Source: a virus
Taxonomy: Duplodnaviria > Caudoviricetes
IMG/VR virus record: IMGVR_UViG_3300037067_009225
Coordinates: 32,001-96,000 of that record
Length of the DNA stretch: 64,000 nt
Direction: 5' to 3' (one strand)
Below, in pieces: positions 18,250 through 28,512 of the stretch; within the stretch, counting starts at the first letter, position 1; the number at the start of each line of letters is the position of its first letter. The notes beneath the pieces are model-generated. The model did not search any database, was not told where the DNA came from, and was given only the letters and a program-made list of their open reading frames with translations. Both the position numbers and the translations under genes were made by a program.

Positions 18250-18759
18250 TTACTTTATTCTTATTTTTACTGTATTAAAAGATGCTTGTGATGTTACAAA
18301 ATTTAAATTTAATATTTCTTGTTGATTAATTTTAACCATATAATTAAAATCTAAAATATCATCTATATCTAAATTATATCCAGCAACAGATGTGTTCCAA
18401 TATAATTTATCACCTTGTTGTTCTTGTCCACTATCTCTTGCTGTTGTTCCACTATCACCAGAAAAATAACAATCATATGGTGATGTTTTACCACCAGCAT
18501 TTAATTCTAAACCATTTAAAAAAACCCTAACAAAAGATTCTGGAACATCATATATTTCATATATACAAGCTAAATCTCCATCAGTTGTTGTAGATAATGC
18601 TGGCATATTTAAATTATTTTTAGATAATTCTAATTTAGTACCACCACTTAAATTAACATATTCAACTGTCGCAATAGATGATAAAGACTGTGATGTAGTT
18701 AAATTTAATTTTTTTTGTGATATAGCTGAATTTTCTAATTGTTTTCCTTTTACTTTCAT
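18250..18759 (-). CDS. Putative virion structural protein, paralog 2 of the DGDLAC family
   Basis: Clear paralogy with 17062 and 18766. Confidence 0.7.
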   Translation of the reverse strand: MKVKGKQLENSAISQKKLNLTTSQSLSSIATVEYVNLSGGTKLELSKNNLNMPALSTTTDGDLACIYEIYDVPESFVRVFLNGLELNAGGKTSPYDCYFSGDSGTTARDSGQEQQGDKLYWNTSVAGYNLDIDDILDFNYMVKINQQEILNLNFVTSQASFNTVKIRIK

Positions 18760-18765
18760 TAATTA

Positions 18766-19206
18766 TTATTTATTTTTTAAATATATAAAATCAATTATAT
18801 CACCATCAACTGAACTTAATTGATATCCAGATATACTACCATTCCAATATAAATAATCACCTATTGTTTCTTCTCCAATATCTTTTGCTGTTACACCATT
18901 ATCATTAGAAAAATAACATGATTCACCATTACCAATAGTAACTTCAATACCATTTACGTAAACTCTAACAAGACTTTTTGGTATATCTAATATAGCAACA
19001 CTACAAGCTAAATCACCATCTGATGATGTTGTAGATGCAGACATTGAAAGATTACTATTTGAATATGTTAAATTGTTACCACTACCATATAAATTTACAT
19101 AATCAACAGTAGCACCAGATAATGTATCTCCACTATTTGGTGTTGTTAAACTAACTTTTTCTTGTGTTATTGTACTTTCTAATATTTGTTTACCAGAAAC
19201 TTTCAT
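18766..19206 (-). CDS. Putative virion structural protein, paralog 1 of the DGDLAC family
   Basis: Paralogy; late-type promoter upstream. Confidence 0.7.
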   Translation of the reverse strand: MKVSGKQILESTITQEKVSLTTPNSGDTLSGATVDYVNLYGSGNNLTYSNSNLSMSASTTSSDGDLACSVAILDIPKSLVRVYVNGIEVTIGNGESCYFSNDNGVTAKDIGEETIGDYLYWNGSISGYQLSSVDGDIIDFIYLKNK

Positions 19207-19268
19207 AAATAAAATCCAAAAATATTTTTATTTATATATAAAAAATTTGGATTTTAAATATAAAATAT

Positions 19269-19616
19269 TTAACTTTTATTAAGTAAGTTGTGAATTTTTA
19301 TCTTTCTAAGAACATTATTTACCATATTTTTAAAATATGATATAGATTTATGATTTTTATTTTTAATTATTATATCTTTTGTTATTTCTTCAAATTCAAT
19401 TAAATCTTCATTCTTTGCTCCATTTGGATATAATAATTTTATCTCTGTTGGTCTATCATTAACTGTAACCAATATAAATTCAATATTATATTTATCATTA
19501 ACATTATTTATATTTTTAAATTGTTCTTGGATGTGTGATACACTTTGTTCAACATAATATCTTCTTAATCCACTAACATTGTAATAAAAAGCTAATATAA
19601 TAAGTTGCTTATCCAT
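19269..19616 (-). CDS. Hypothetical protein, RxxK tag (LRKIKIHNLL)
   Basis: ORF; tag. Confidence 0.7.
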   Translation of the reverse strand: MDKQLIILAFYYNVSGLRRYYVEQSVSHIQEQFKNINNVNDKYNIEFILVTVNDRPTEIKLLYPNGAKNEDLIEFEEITKDIIIKNKNHKSISYFKNMVNNVLRKIKIHNLLNKS

Positions 19617-19617
19617 T

Positions 19618-19818
19618 TTAAAAAAACTTCTTTAAAAATTTAATAAATTTACTATCTGTATTTCTTTTTAAAAGTTCAACAGTTTTTTCTAACATATTTA
19701 TTGTCCTACCTTGCAATTCAACAGATTCTTTAAGTAATTTAATTCTTTCTTCTTTATATTCTATTATTTTTTCTAAATCTTTTATAATTTCATTATATTT
19801 TTTTATCATGTTCTGCAT
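19618..19818 (-). CDS. Small coiled-coil protein
   Basis: Heptad-like I/L/E/K pattern. Confidence 0.6.
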   Translation of the reverse strand: MQNMIKKYNEIIKDLEKIIEYKEERIKLLKESVELQGRTINMLEKTVELLKRNTDSKFIKFLKKFF

Positions 19819-19824
19819 ATTTTT

Positions 19825-20142
19825 CTAAATTATAAAATACAATATTTCTTGACATTTATGAAAAATTTCGACTGCCAATTTAGATTCCATTTCTAATTTT
19901 TTATCATCAACATGTATAAAAACACCCCTTTCTTCTACTTCTACTACTTTAATTATTTTAATCCCAATTTTAAATGTATAAATTAATTCACTATCATAAG
20001 TTGATGGTTTTTTTTCAAGATTCATATCACTAAAAAATTTATTTTTTAAAGCATCTAATATAAAATTTCCTAATTTATCATCTCCTGAAATTTCTTTTTT
20101 ATTTAAAGAAATGAAACTTTCAAACGTTTTAATGTCTTTCAT
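19825..20142 (-). CDS. Hypothetical protein with CTS-like leader (MKDIKTFESF)
   Basis: Leader motif. Confidence 0.7.
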   Translation of the reverse strand: MKDIKTFESFISLNKKEISGDDKLGNFILDALKNKFFSDMNLEKKPSTYDSELIYTFKIGIKIIKVVEVEERGVFIHVDDKKLEMESKLAVEIFHKCQEILYFII

Positions 20143-20195
20143 ATAATATATTTATTTTTTAACAAGTTGATATCAACAATGTTTTTTAATTTGTT

Positions 20196-20672
20196 TTAAA
20201 AATTTTTTCCTAATTTTTCATCATCTTGAACTTCTTGTTCTTCTTCTTTATCATCTTTCTTTGCTTTCTTAATCATTTCAGGTGTTACATCTTTTAATTC
20301 TACATCAAATTCAAGAAATAATTTTTTTGTTTCTTCATCTTCCCATTTATCTTTAAATTTCAATTCAACATCTTTCTTTCTTTTACTAAGAACACCTGAT
20401 GTATATTCATTATTTAACACATCTGTATAACTTATTTTATAATCTTGTTCAGTTACTTCAAATCTAACAGCAGTTGGCGTTTTTTGTTTTTTTAAAAAAT
20501 CATCTAAACTTAAAAATTCAGAATCAACTTTATATTCTGGTTTCTTTGCCTTATCAAACATAGTATCTAAAATATTATCAATATCTTCTACTATATTTTG
20601 AAAATCAGTATTTTCTTTTTTAGATTCTAAAATTTTTTTAAATTCATCAAATCCTAATATATTGTTTCTCAT
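20196..20672 (-). CDS. Acidic hypothetical protein with CTS-like leader (MRNNILGFDEFKKILES)
   Basis: Leader motif; late-type promoter. Confidence 0.7.
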   Translation of the reverse strand: MRNNILGFDEFKKILESKKENTDFQNIVEDIDNILDTMFDKAKKPEYKVDSEFLSLDDFLKKQKTPTAVRFEVTEQDYKISYTDVLNNEYTSGVLSKRKKDVELKFKDKWEDEETKKLFLEFDVELKDVTPEMIKKAKKDDKEEEQEVQDDEKLGKNF

Positions 20673-20725
20673 TTTTAAAAAATATTTTTCTTTTTATATA
20701 TTAAAAATGAAAAACCCATTTTTAA

Positions 20726-21199
20726 TCAACCTAATATATTAAAATTATTATTATATAAAATTTTTATAATATCTGAACTATTTTCAAAATCTTCTTCTAT
20801 TTTTAATTTAGCATCAAATAACATATCATGATATAATATGTCATATTTTATTATTTCTACGTCTGGATTATCTTTATCAACAAATTTTATTTTATTAATA
20901 TATTTATTTTCTTTCACCTTAAACTCATATTTGAATGGTTCAAATATAACTTGTTCTTCTTTTATTGTTGTTTTTTTATTTTTATTTAATAGATTGGATT
21001 CTTTTTGCTCTATTTTAAATCTCGTTTCAAATGGAACTTTTGGATATATTTTAATTATTAAATTTATCGGTTTAAATTTTTCGGTTTTTAATATTTTATT
21101 TGTTTTTTTACAAATCCATTTATTAATAAAATTAAAATTCCTATCATCCTCTACCCAATAATTATGGACAATGTAATTGTTCAAATCTATCTTCATCAT
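20726..21199 (-). CDS. Hypothetical protein
   Basis: ORF in operon. Confidence 0.65.
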   Translation of the reverse strand: MMKIDLNNYIVHNYWVEDDRNFNFINKWICKKTNKILKTEKFKPINLIIKIYPKVPFETRFKIEQKESNLLNKNKKTTIKEEQVIFEPFKYEFKVKENKYINKIKFVDKDNPDVEIIKYDILYHDMLFDAKLKIEEDFENSSDIIKILYNNNFNILG

Positions 21200-21201
21200 A
21201 T

Positions 21202-21492
21202 TTATCTTTTTTTAAACATTGTTAAAATTTTTTTAATTGTTTTAGTTAAAAAATTATTGTTTATTTCTTCAATTTTTATCTTTCTATTATGTTGTGTTAT
21301 TAGTTTATCTAATTCTTTAATGAATGTTTTATTATCATGTTTTATTATTTCTTCTTGTATCTTCGCATTTATATGAATATAAAAAAAACTTTTATAATAA
21401 TAATTCTCCGATTTATCTAACCAATCAAGATTATTTATTTTATTAGTTACATTATAATATCTATTATTAAAAGTAGAAGACATATTATTCAA
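21202..21492 (-). CDS. Hypothetical protein, RxxK tag (NRKIKIEEI)
   Basis: ORF; related to 21657..21896 (N.DWL.K..N..Y). Confidence 0.65.
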   Translation of the reverse strand: MNNMSSTFNNRYYNVTNKINNLDWLDKSENYYYKSFFYIHINAKIQEEIIKHDNKTFIKELDKLITQHNRKIKIEEINNNFLTKTIKKILTMFKKR

Positions 21493-21667
21493 TTATACTA
21501 TTAATTTTTAAAATTCTATCATGTTTAAGTTTTCTTTTTTCTATCATTTCTACAAACTTTTCACTATTTAAATATATCATAATAGATTTTTCTTTTGTAG
21601 TAAAATTTTTTTCAAAAAAATCTGTTAATTCTTGTATTTTTATATATTGATAATTCTTAATCTTCAT
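21485..21667 (-). CDS. Small hypothetical protein, RxxK tag (DRILKINSIIE*)
   Basis: ORF; tag. Confidence 0.65.
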   Translation of the reverse strand: MKIKNYQYIKIQELTDFFEKNFTTKEKSIMIYLNSEKFVEMIEKRKLKHDRILKINSIIE

Positions 21668-21896
21668 TTCTAATAATTTTTTCTATCTTCTGCTTTCTTT
21701 CCCATTTTAGATATTCACTTTTTATTCTTTTAACGAAAATAGAATTCTCAATTCTTGAATCTATTTTATCTTTATTATTGGAATAAAAATCATAAAATTT
21801 TTCATTACCATTTTTAGTTAACCAATCTTTATTAATGAAAAAATTTCTATAAATTTCAGTATCAACATTATTTACATGTTTTTTAAATTTCATCAT
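21657..21896 (-). CDS. Small hypothetical protein, RxxK tag (ERKQKIEKII)
   Basis: ORF; TAnnTTTG upstream. Confidence 0.7.
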   Translation of the reverse strand: MMKFKKHVNNVDTEIYRNFFINKDWLTKNGNEKFYDFYSNNKDKIDSRIENSIFVKRIKSEYLKWERKQKIEKIIRNED

Positions 21897-21965
21897 ATTT
21901 TAATTTTTATAATACAAATATAATAGTTTTTTTTGATATAATGTTATATTATGTAGATATTTTAA

Positions 21966-22220
21966 TTACAAAATATAACCTTTTAATTTTTCTAATTTAA
22001 ATTTTCTCGATAATTTATGCGCCTTATCATACCACCTATTTATAAATTCAGTAGAAGTATTTTCAAACATAATATATTCAAGTAATGTTGCATATCTTGA
22101 AGAATGAAATATTTGATAAACTTCTTCCATAAATTTTACTTTATCATCAGATTTTATTTTATTTGATGTGTAAACTGAAATTATTTCATTATATTTTTTA
22201 TATAATTCGTTTTTATTCAT
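21966..22220 (-). CDS. Small hypothetical protein, RxxK tag (SRKFKLEKL)
   Basis: ORF; tag. Confidence 0.65.
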   Translation of the reverse strand: MNKNELYKKYNEIISVYTSNKIKSDDKVKFMEEVYQIFHSSRYATLLEYIMFENTSTEFINRWYDKAHKLSRKFKLEKLKGYIL

Positions 22221-22259
22221 TTTACATTTTTTATTAAATATAATATTTTTTATAAAATA

Positions 22260-22283
22260 AAAAGAGGTTTTTTAACCTCTTTT
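22260..22283 (-). terminator. Intrinsic terminator after rtcB
   Basis: AAAAGAGGTT-TTTT-AACCTCTTTT hairpin. Confidence 0.6.
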
Positions 22284-23651
22284 CATTTTTCTTTCTGCTT
22301 GCCTATCTTTATCTCTTTTCTTAGCAGCAGCTTTTCTTTCTTTCCATGAAACTGATTTACCAGTATCTTTTATATTAAGAATAGGTTTTATTCTATCTAA
22401 AATTACTGCAGTAGGTTCAATAGCTTTTTCTATTATATCACTTCTTTTGTAAGCAAAAGGTGATTCATCAAGTGTTTCTTTACAAACAGATGTTGAATAA
22501 ACACCTTTCATAGTTTCTTTAAACTTTTTCATATCAATAGAAACTTTTGCCTTTGATCTACTGAGCAATCTCCCCGAACCATGTGGGGCTGAAAAGTTCC
22601 AATCTGGATTAGATTTACCTTCACAAAGCAAAATACCATCTCGCATATTAAAAGGTATAATCATCTTTTCTCCTTTATATGATGGAATAGCACCTTTTCT
22701 TATAATGAAATCATTAAAATCAATATAATTATGAATGGTATGAATTACTTCATCATAATCAGATATTTCAATTATGGTTTTAAAAATATCTAACATAGTC
22801 ATTCTATTCCATAAAGCATATTGTTGTGCAAATATCATATCAAACAAATAACCCATCATATTATCACCAGTTAAATATTCTTTATTAATACCAAGACTAT
22901 ATTTATTTTTTAATTCTTCTAATTTTGATGGTATTAAATTCTTAGGAAAAGTATTCATTATAATTTCATCCCTTTCTTTATTATATTCATCGGATGCAAC
23001 TACAACCTTTCCTCTTGCCACATTAGTCCAATAATCAGCAATCTTTAAACCAAAATTTCTTGAACCTGAATGAATAGTAACCCAATATTTTTTGTAATTA
23101 TCTGATCTACCGACTTCTACAAAATGATTACCCGATCCAAGCGTACCAATGGCGTTCCAGAATTTATTGTCATCCATTTTTATTTGCTTCAACTTATTCT
23201 TTAACCATTTTTCATCATAAGTTGGAACAACATAAGATGTACCAAATTTATCATTATATTTTTTTATGAAAATATCAGCAATTTTTTGAACTTCATCAAA
23301 TGGTATGTTTTTTAATCTTTTTCTTTCTTGTAAATTGAAACCCATAGGTATTCTTTCACGAATGAGTGTATCAACCTTTTCAAGATCAATTTTTACATCT
23401 TTTGAAAATGATGCTGATGCCATTCCACATCCAATATCTACGCCAATGTGCATCGGATTTAAATAAACTCCAAGTTCCATAGAAAATCCAATGCAAATCG
23501 AATTTCCTTGGTGGGTATCGGGCATTATTCTTACTTTCAAACCATTAGATGTAGAAGAATTTATTATATCATAAACCTGTTCAAAAACACCTTCTTCAAC
23601 ATCATCAATCATAATGACTGCATCTGTATATTTACCTTTTAATTCTATCAT
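22272..23651 (-). CDS. rtcB: RtcB-family RNA 3'-phosphate/5'-OH ligase
   Basis: MPDTHQG, GVDIGCG, GTLGSGNHF.E, HSGSR, HNY, RKGA, SAPHGSGR and DESP.AYK motifs. Confidence 0.95.
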   Translation of the reverse strand: MIELKGKYTDAVIMIDDVEEGVFEQVYDIINSSTSNGLKVRIMPDTHQGNSICIGFSMELGVYLNPMHIGVDIGCGMASASFSKDVKIDLEKVDTLIRERIPMGFNLQERKRLKNIPFDEVQKIADIFIKKYNDKFGTSYVVPTYDEKWLKNKLKQIKMDDNKFWNAIGTLGSGNHFVEVGRSDNYKKYWVTIHSGSRNFGLKIADYWTNVARGKVVVASDEYNKERDEIIMNTFPKNLIPSKLEELKNKYSLGINKEYLTGDNMMGYLFDMIFAQQYALWNRMTMLDIFKTIIEISDYDEVIHTIHNYIDFNDFIIRKGAIPSYKGEKMIIPFNMRDGILLCEGKSNPDWNFSAPHGSGRLLSRSKAKVSIDMKKFKETMKGVYSTSVCKETLDESPFAYKRSDIIEKAIEPTAVILDRIKPILNIKDTGKSVSWKERKAAAKKRDKDRQAERKMKRG

Positions 23652-23754
23652 ATCATTAATTTTGTACAAAAATAAGAAAAAATATTTAATAATAAAATAA
23701 ATTTGTATAAACTTTTATAATATTTATGTATATAATTATAAAAGAAATAATTAT

Positions 23755-24543
23755 ATGGAAATTAATAAAGATGTATCATATATGATTGGTTTGTTCCAAA
23801 CTGATGGTAGTATGTATGAAAATACAAGGAATAGGGGTAGATTTAGTTTAGAATTGGCTATTAGAGATAAAGATATAATATATAAATTGAAAGATATAAT
23901 ACCTTATCACAGTGGAATTAAAATAAAAAGAAAATATTCCCATATTAATAACCATGAATATAATAATGAGTTTATTAGTTTAAAAATTTATAATATAACA
24001 TTTAGAGATTTTTTAATTAAAAGTGGGGTTCCATATGGCAAAAAATCTAATATTATAAAACCTCCATTATATCTAAAAAATTTATCAATAAATGATTATA
24101 TAAGAGGTTTATATGATGGTGATGGTTCTCTTGGTATAACAGCACAAAAGTTTCCATATGTTTCATTTACAACAAAAAGTGATGATATTGCTACATTTTT
24201 ATGTGAAAACATAAGTAGAATAACCAGTAAATCTTTAAAAAATATCAAACGAAATAAAAGAGATGATATATATAATATTGTAATTACTAAAGAAGATGCT
24301 CAATATTTTTGTAATGAAATTTATTATGATGGTTGTCTTTCTATGAATAGGAAAATTGAAAAATCAAATGAAGTTAAATCGTGGATAAGATCAAATGATA
24401 TGATACGTATTGAAAATAAAAAATATTGGACACCAAAAGAAGATGAATATATTTTATCACATACAATAGAAGAATCTATGAATTATTTAGATAGGACAGA
24501 AAAAAGTGTTAAAATTAGATTGTGGAGATTAAAAAATAAATAA
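23755..24543 (+). CDS. Free-standing LAGLIDADG homing endonuclease
   Basis: Two motifs, YMIGLFQTDGS and YIRGLYDGDGS; C-terminal WT..ED..I helix-turn-helix-like tail. Confidence 0.88.
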   Translation: MEINKDVSYMIGLFQTDGSMYENTRNRGRFSLELAIRDKDIIYKLKDIIPYHSGIKIKRKYSHINNHEYNNEFISLKIYNITFRDFLIKSGVPYGKKSNIIKPPLYLKNLSINDYIRGLYDGDGSLGITAQKFPYVSFTTKSDDIATFLCENISRITSKSLKNIKRNKRDDIYNIVITKEDAQYFCNEIYYDGCLSMNRKIEKSNEVKSWIRSNDMIRIENKKYWTPKEDEYILSHTIEESMNYLDRTEKSVKIRLWRLKNK

Positions 24544-24594
24544 ATATTATGAAATATATTTTTTTATTAATCTAAATATCGGAATACGTTAAAT

Positions 24595-25389
24595 TTAATA
24601 ATTCTTCCACAGCGTTTCAATTTTTATTTTCGGCTTCTTATCACCACTTACAGTATTTACTTCAAATTGTATTTTCTGGAAACCATTCTCAGTTAAAATA
24701 TCATACAATTCACAATCATAACCACTAATTAAAATCTTAGCTTTATTATTCAAACAAGCATTAACAAGTTCAACATGACTTTCATTATTCATATCAACTT
24801 TATAACGTGTTGTTGTTCTTTTACTTTGATGATATGGTGGGTCAAGATATAAAAACACATTTTCTGTATTATATTTTTTTATAAGTTCTATACCATTTGT
24901 GTTCATTACAATAACTTTTGATAATCTTTGATGTAATTCTGGTAATCTATCAATTGCACTTAAATAATCAGAAATTGATTTACTCATATTTCTTCTTATA
25001 TAAGTATTTACTGAATATCCACCTATACCATTATGTGACGTTCTATTAACATAGAAAAAATAAAATGCTCTATCCACAATTGATAAATTATCAGTTTTTA
25101 ATAATTCCTTAAACTCTTCTCTTAAATCTTGGTTATAATATGCTAAATCGCATTTATCCTTAAAATTTTGAAACAATTCTTTATCGGATAACACTTTGTA
25201 TAACGAATAAACATTTTGTTCTAAATCGTTGTAAATTTCAACTGGTGCTATATTATTTTTTAACGCTATTGAAAATGAACCACCGAATGGTTCAATATAT
25301 GTATCGTAAGTGTTATATTTTGGAAAATGTTTAACTATATCAGAAAACATATTTGATTTTCCACCAAAATATTTTATTGGACTAACCAT
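24595..25389 (-). CDS. dam: Dam-family (D12 class) DNA adenine methyltransferase
   Basis: YFGGK, YIEPFGG, YNDL and YLDPPY motifs. Confidence 0.9.
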   Translation of the reverse strand: MVSPIKYFGGKSNMFSDIVKHFPKYNTYDTYIEPFGGSFSIALKNNIAPVEIYNDLEQNVYSLYKVLSDKELFQNFKDKCDLAYYNQDLREEFKELLKTDNLSIVDRAFYFFYVNRTSHNGIGGYSVNTYIRRNMSKSISDYLSAIDRLPELHQRLSKVIVMNTNGIELIKKYNTENVFLYLDPPYHQSKRTTTRYKVDMNNESHVELVNACLNNKAKILISGYDCELYDILTENGFQKIQFEVNTVSGDKKPKIKIETLWKNY

Positions 25390-25451
25390 TAATAAAATTT
25401 TTATTTTTTATAGTATAGAAAAGTATTTTAGTTTGAATTTTTTTCATAAAA

Positions 25452-25479
25452 AAACCCACAATTTTTAGGTTGTGGGTTT
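25452..25479 (-). terminator. Intrinsic terminator after clpP
   Basis: AAACCCACAA...TTGTGGGTTT hairpin with a T-tract on the minus strand. Confidence 0.75.
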
Positions 25480-25503
25480 AACAATAACATGAAATTTAAA
25501 TTA

Positions 25504-26190
25504 TTAAGAAATTTTTTCTTTTTTTCTTTCAACAATTTCATCAACAGCACCGTATTCCTTCGCTTCTTGTGCTGTCATCCAAAAATCTCTATCACCATCT
25601 TTTTCAACTTTTTCAAATGGTTGACCAGTTTTATCTACAACAATATTATAAAGTTCTTTCTTCGAAAGATTAACTTCATTAGCTACGATTGTAATATCGC
25701 TTGCTTGACCTTCGACACCACTCATTGGCTGGTGTAAGAGAAATCTTGAATGTTTCAAAGCTGAACGGTAATCACCACAAATTGAAATAATAAAACCCAT
25801 TGATGCAGCAAGTCCACAAACGAGTGTATTAACTTTATTTGGAATATAATTCATAGTATCAACGATACTAAGTCCTGAATACACCCCACCACCAGGAGAG
25901 TTAACATACAGATTTACAGAGTTTTGATCTTTTGAAGCTAAAAATAACAACTGAGCATTAATGATATTGGCAACTGTATCATCAATTCCTGTTCCCAAAA
26001 ATATAATATTATCCATCATCAAACGAGAAAAAACATCCATTTGAGTCACATTCATTTGTCTTTCTTCCAGAATTGTGGGGGAAATGTAACTGGCGTGAAT
26101 ACTATTCATTTTATTCACATAAGAATCAATAGAACTACCACTAACTCCAAGATTACAAGTTGAAAATCTGTAAAAATCATTTCTTTTCAT
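25504..26190 (-). CDS. clpP: ATP-dependent Clp protease proteolytic subunit
   Basis: MDVFSRLM, NSPGG, GLAASMG (Ser), LLHQP (His) and DRDFWM (Asp) motifs. Confidence 0.96.
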   Translation of the reverse strand: MKRNDFYRFSTCNLGVSGSSIDSYVNKMNSIHASYISPTILEERQMNVTQMDVFSRLMMDNIIFLGTGIDDTVANIINAQLLFLASKDQNSVNLYVNSPGGGVYSGLSIVDTMNYIPNKVNTLVCGLAASMGFIISICGDYRSALKHSRFLLHQPMSGVEGQASDITIVANEVNLSKKELYNIVVDKTGQPFEKVEKDGDRDFWMTAQEAKEYGAVDEIVERKKEKIS

Positions 26191-26286
26191 AGTTTAAATT
26201 TTTAATTGTTTATAAAAAATATTATTTAGAGTTACAAATATAAAGGAAATAATTTAAATATCATAATTAAATATAAAAAATATTTT

Positions 26287-26583
26287 TTATTCATTAAATA
26301 TATTATTTAGTTTATTTTGTCTTAAAATTTTAGTAAAATTATTTTTTAGATGATATTCAATAATATTAACAATAGATGAATTATCCATTTTTAATTTTCC
26401 AACAATATTATCATAATCATTTTTTGTAAAATCAAAAGATAATTTAAATTTTTCTGATGTTTGTTTATTTTTTAATAATACATTAATGTGTGTTACTGAC
26501 ACACCATAACTAATGAACCGATATTCATCAACACCAGTTTTTGCTTCATAATCTAATAATTCATAATCATTAAAACTGATCAT
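26287..26583 (-). CDS. Hypothetical protein, RxxK tag (LRQNKLNNIFNE*)
   Basis: ORF; tag. Confidence 0.7.
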   Translation of the reverse strand: MISFNDYELLDYEAKTGVDEYRFISYGVSVTHINVLLKNKQTSEKFKLSFDFTKNDYDNIVGKLKMDNSSIVNIIEYHLKNNFTKILRQNKLNNIFNE

Positions 26584-26969
26584 AATATTGATTTTATTTT
26601 CTTAACTCTATAAAAATTTTTAATATCATTTTCGTCAGAACTATTAGGGTATTTCATTTTTAATAAAAGAACAGTAATTCTAATTAATAAATATATTGGC
26701 ATTAAAAAAGGAAAAAATACTATTATTGTTTTAAAATTACTATTAAAATTAGCCTTATATAAACAAAAAAAAGAAATTATATACCACGAAGCCCAAAACA
26801 GTTGAAATAATGATATAAATAAATCTTTTTCTCCATAAAAGAAAAGAATAATTATTGGAGAAAATGAAATAATAACAGATGATATTATTAAAGTTGGTAA
26901 AATTGCTGATAATTTTTTTTGAACTTTACCACCTATTTCAACAGTTTTTATTAAAAAAATATTTTTCAT
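26580..26969 (-). CDS. Membrane protein (about 3 TM), RxxK tag (YRVKKIKSIL*)
   Basis: Hydrophobic segments; paralog of 27423 (FFPFL.PIY...KYPNS.DE). Confidence 0.75.
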   Translation of the reverse strand: MKNIFLIKTVEIGGKVQKKLSAILPTLIISSVIISFSPIIILFFYGEKDLFISLFQLFWASWYIISFFCLYKANFNSNFKTIIVFFPFLMPIYLLIRITVLLLKMKYPNSSDENDIKNFYRVKKIKSIL

Positions 26970-27469
26970 ATAATTGATATATTATTTATAATTTTTTGCA
27001 TTTTTAGAAATCGTTTAATATTATTATCATATTTTATAAACATATTTGAGTTTAAATAATTAGAATATGTATAATAACCATAATAATGTTTATGAGGTAA
27101 TTCAACTTTTATTTTTAAATCTATATTTTGACTTTTTGTAAATGATTCAAAATCTTCAATGATATAAACCTCACCTATAATTAGTCTATTATCGCCATAA
27201 TTATCAACACATAAAACTTTATCACCAGCTTCAATATTTCTTCTATTTAATATTAATTTATTATTATATGTATTTTCATCAATATTTGTTTCATCTTCTT
27301 TAACAAAAACAGTTTTAGAATATTTTTTTGAATATCCTATTAAATATAAATTATCATTATTAATTTTTGAAACAATATATTTATTGTTTAAAACTAATTC
27401 TTTATAGTTATATATGTTATCTTTATATATGACTATCATATAATTTTTTAATTTTTTTAATTCTTTCAA
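26966..27469 (-). CDS. Hypothetical protein, RxxK tag (KRFLKMQKII)
   Basis: GDKVLCVD...L.IG.VY.I repeat-like domain; start uncertain. Confidence 0.65.
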   Translation of the reverse strand: MKELKKLKNYMIVIYKDNIYNYKELVLNNKYIVSKINNDNLYLIGYSKKYSKTVFVKEDETNIDENTYNNKLILNRRNIEAGDKVLCVDNYGDNRLIIGEVYIIEDFESFTKSQNIDLKIKVELPHKHYYGYYTYSNYLNSNMFIKYDNNIKRFLKMQKIINNISII

Positions 27470-27833
27470 AATTTTTTAAATACTCTTCATCGTCACTATT
27501 TGGATATTTACTTTTTAAATATTTAACTAATAATTTTGTTGATACATATATAGGAAATAAAAATGGGAAAAAACACACTATAATTAAAAAATTATATTTA
27601 AAATGTCTTTTAAAACTATAAAGTATAAATATAGAAAGGTATACCCATAAATAAATAAATAAATAAAAATATTTAATTATATCATTATCAATTTGTATAA
27701 TATTATTCGGGGTGCTGAACAAAAAAATAACATAAATAACCATAAATATATAAATAAATTTACGATATTTATAAAATTTTCTTTCAACTTCACCACTAAT
27801 ATTCAAATTTGGTATATTAAAAGGATCAAACAT
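27423..27833 (-). CDS. Membrane protein (about 3 TM), RxxK tag (ERIKKIKKL)
   Basis: Paralog of 26580. Confidence 0.75.
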   Translation of the reverse strand: MFDPFNIPNLNISGEVERKFYKYRKFIYIFMVIYVIFLFSTPNNIIQIDNDIIKYFYLFIYLWVYLSIFILYSFKRHFKYNFLIIVCFFPFLFPIYVSTKLLVKYLKSKYPNSDDEEYLKNFERIKKIKKLYDSHI

Positions 27834-28168
27834 TATAGTATATTTTTAATTTTTTTAATTCTAATATATTTATTATATTCTTCTTTTGAAAATATTTTAT
27901 CACATTTTTTACATATATATGAATGATAAATTTTATCGTAATATATTTTATGATTAAAAATTTTACATCCTATGATTTTATTATATGGTTTTATAAAATT
28001 ATCAATAATGAAATAATATCTAACATCTTTATAAAAAAATATATTTTTCAATAAAGATAATACAGATATTAATTTAATTAAAGTCAAATTATTATAAAAT
28101 AAAGACAACTTATTATATGTTATTCTTGGATCACACCACCAATCATATATTGAAAAATTTTCTCTCAA
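27833..28168 (-). CDS. MRExFSI-family zinc-finger protein, copy 3, RxxK tag
   Basis: C..FNH...C..C motif; ends YIRIKKIKNIL*; TTG start overlapping TGA. Confidence 0.75.
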   Translation of the reverse strand: MRENFSIYDWWCDPRITYNKLSLFYNNLTLIKLISVLSLLKNIFFYKDVRYYFIIDNFIKPYNKIIGCKIFNHKIYYDKIYHSYICKKCDKIFSKEEYNKYIRIKKIKNIL

Positions 28169-28512
28169 AATAAACTTTTAATTTTTTTAATTCTAATATA
28201 TTTATTATAATTTTCTATTGTAATTTCTTTACCACATCTAAAACACTTATATGTGTAACTTATTTCATTAAATGTATATTTATGATTAAAAATTTTACAT
28301 TTAAAATTTAAAAAAGGTTGTTTAAAATTATCATATATAAATAATTCTCTTTCATAATTATATCTAATGACTTTTTTTAATAATTTTAAAACAGATGATA
28401 GTCTAATAAAAAACACTTTTAATTTTATATTAGATTTATATTGTGTATGATCAATTGTATATAAGTATCTTGGGTGTTTCCACCAATTTAATATAGAAAA
28501 ACTTTCTCTCAA
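28165..28512 (-). CDS. MRExFSI-family zinc-finger protein, copy 2, RxxK tag
   Basis: Paralog; TTG start overlapping TGA. Confidence 0.75.
   Translation of the reverse strand: MRESFSILNWWKHPRYLYTIDHTQYKSNIKLKVFFIRLSSVLKLLKKVIRYNYERELFIYDNFKQPFLNFKCKIFNHKYTFNEISYTYKCFRCGKEITIENYNKYIRIKKIKSLF

Noticed and set aside
19618-20142. TAG at 19825-19827 is in frame with the next ORF, suggesting a read-through fusion
   Set aside because: One-in-three chance; the downstream ORF has its own ATG and no domain spans the junction.
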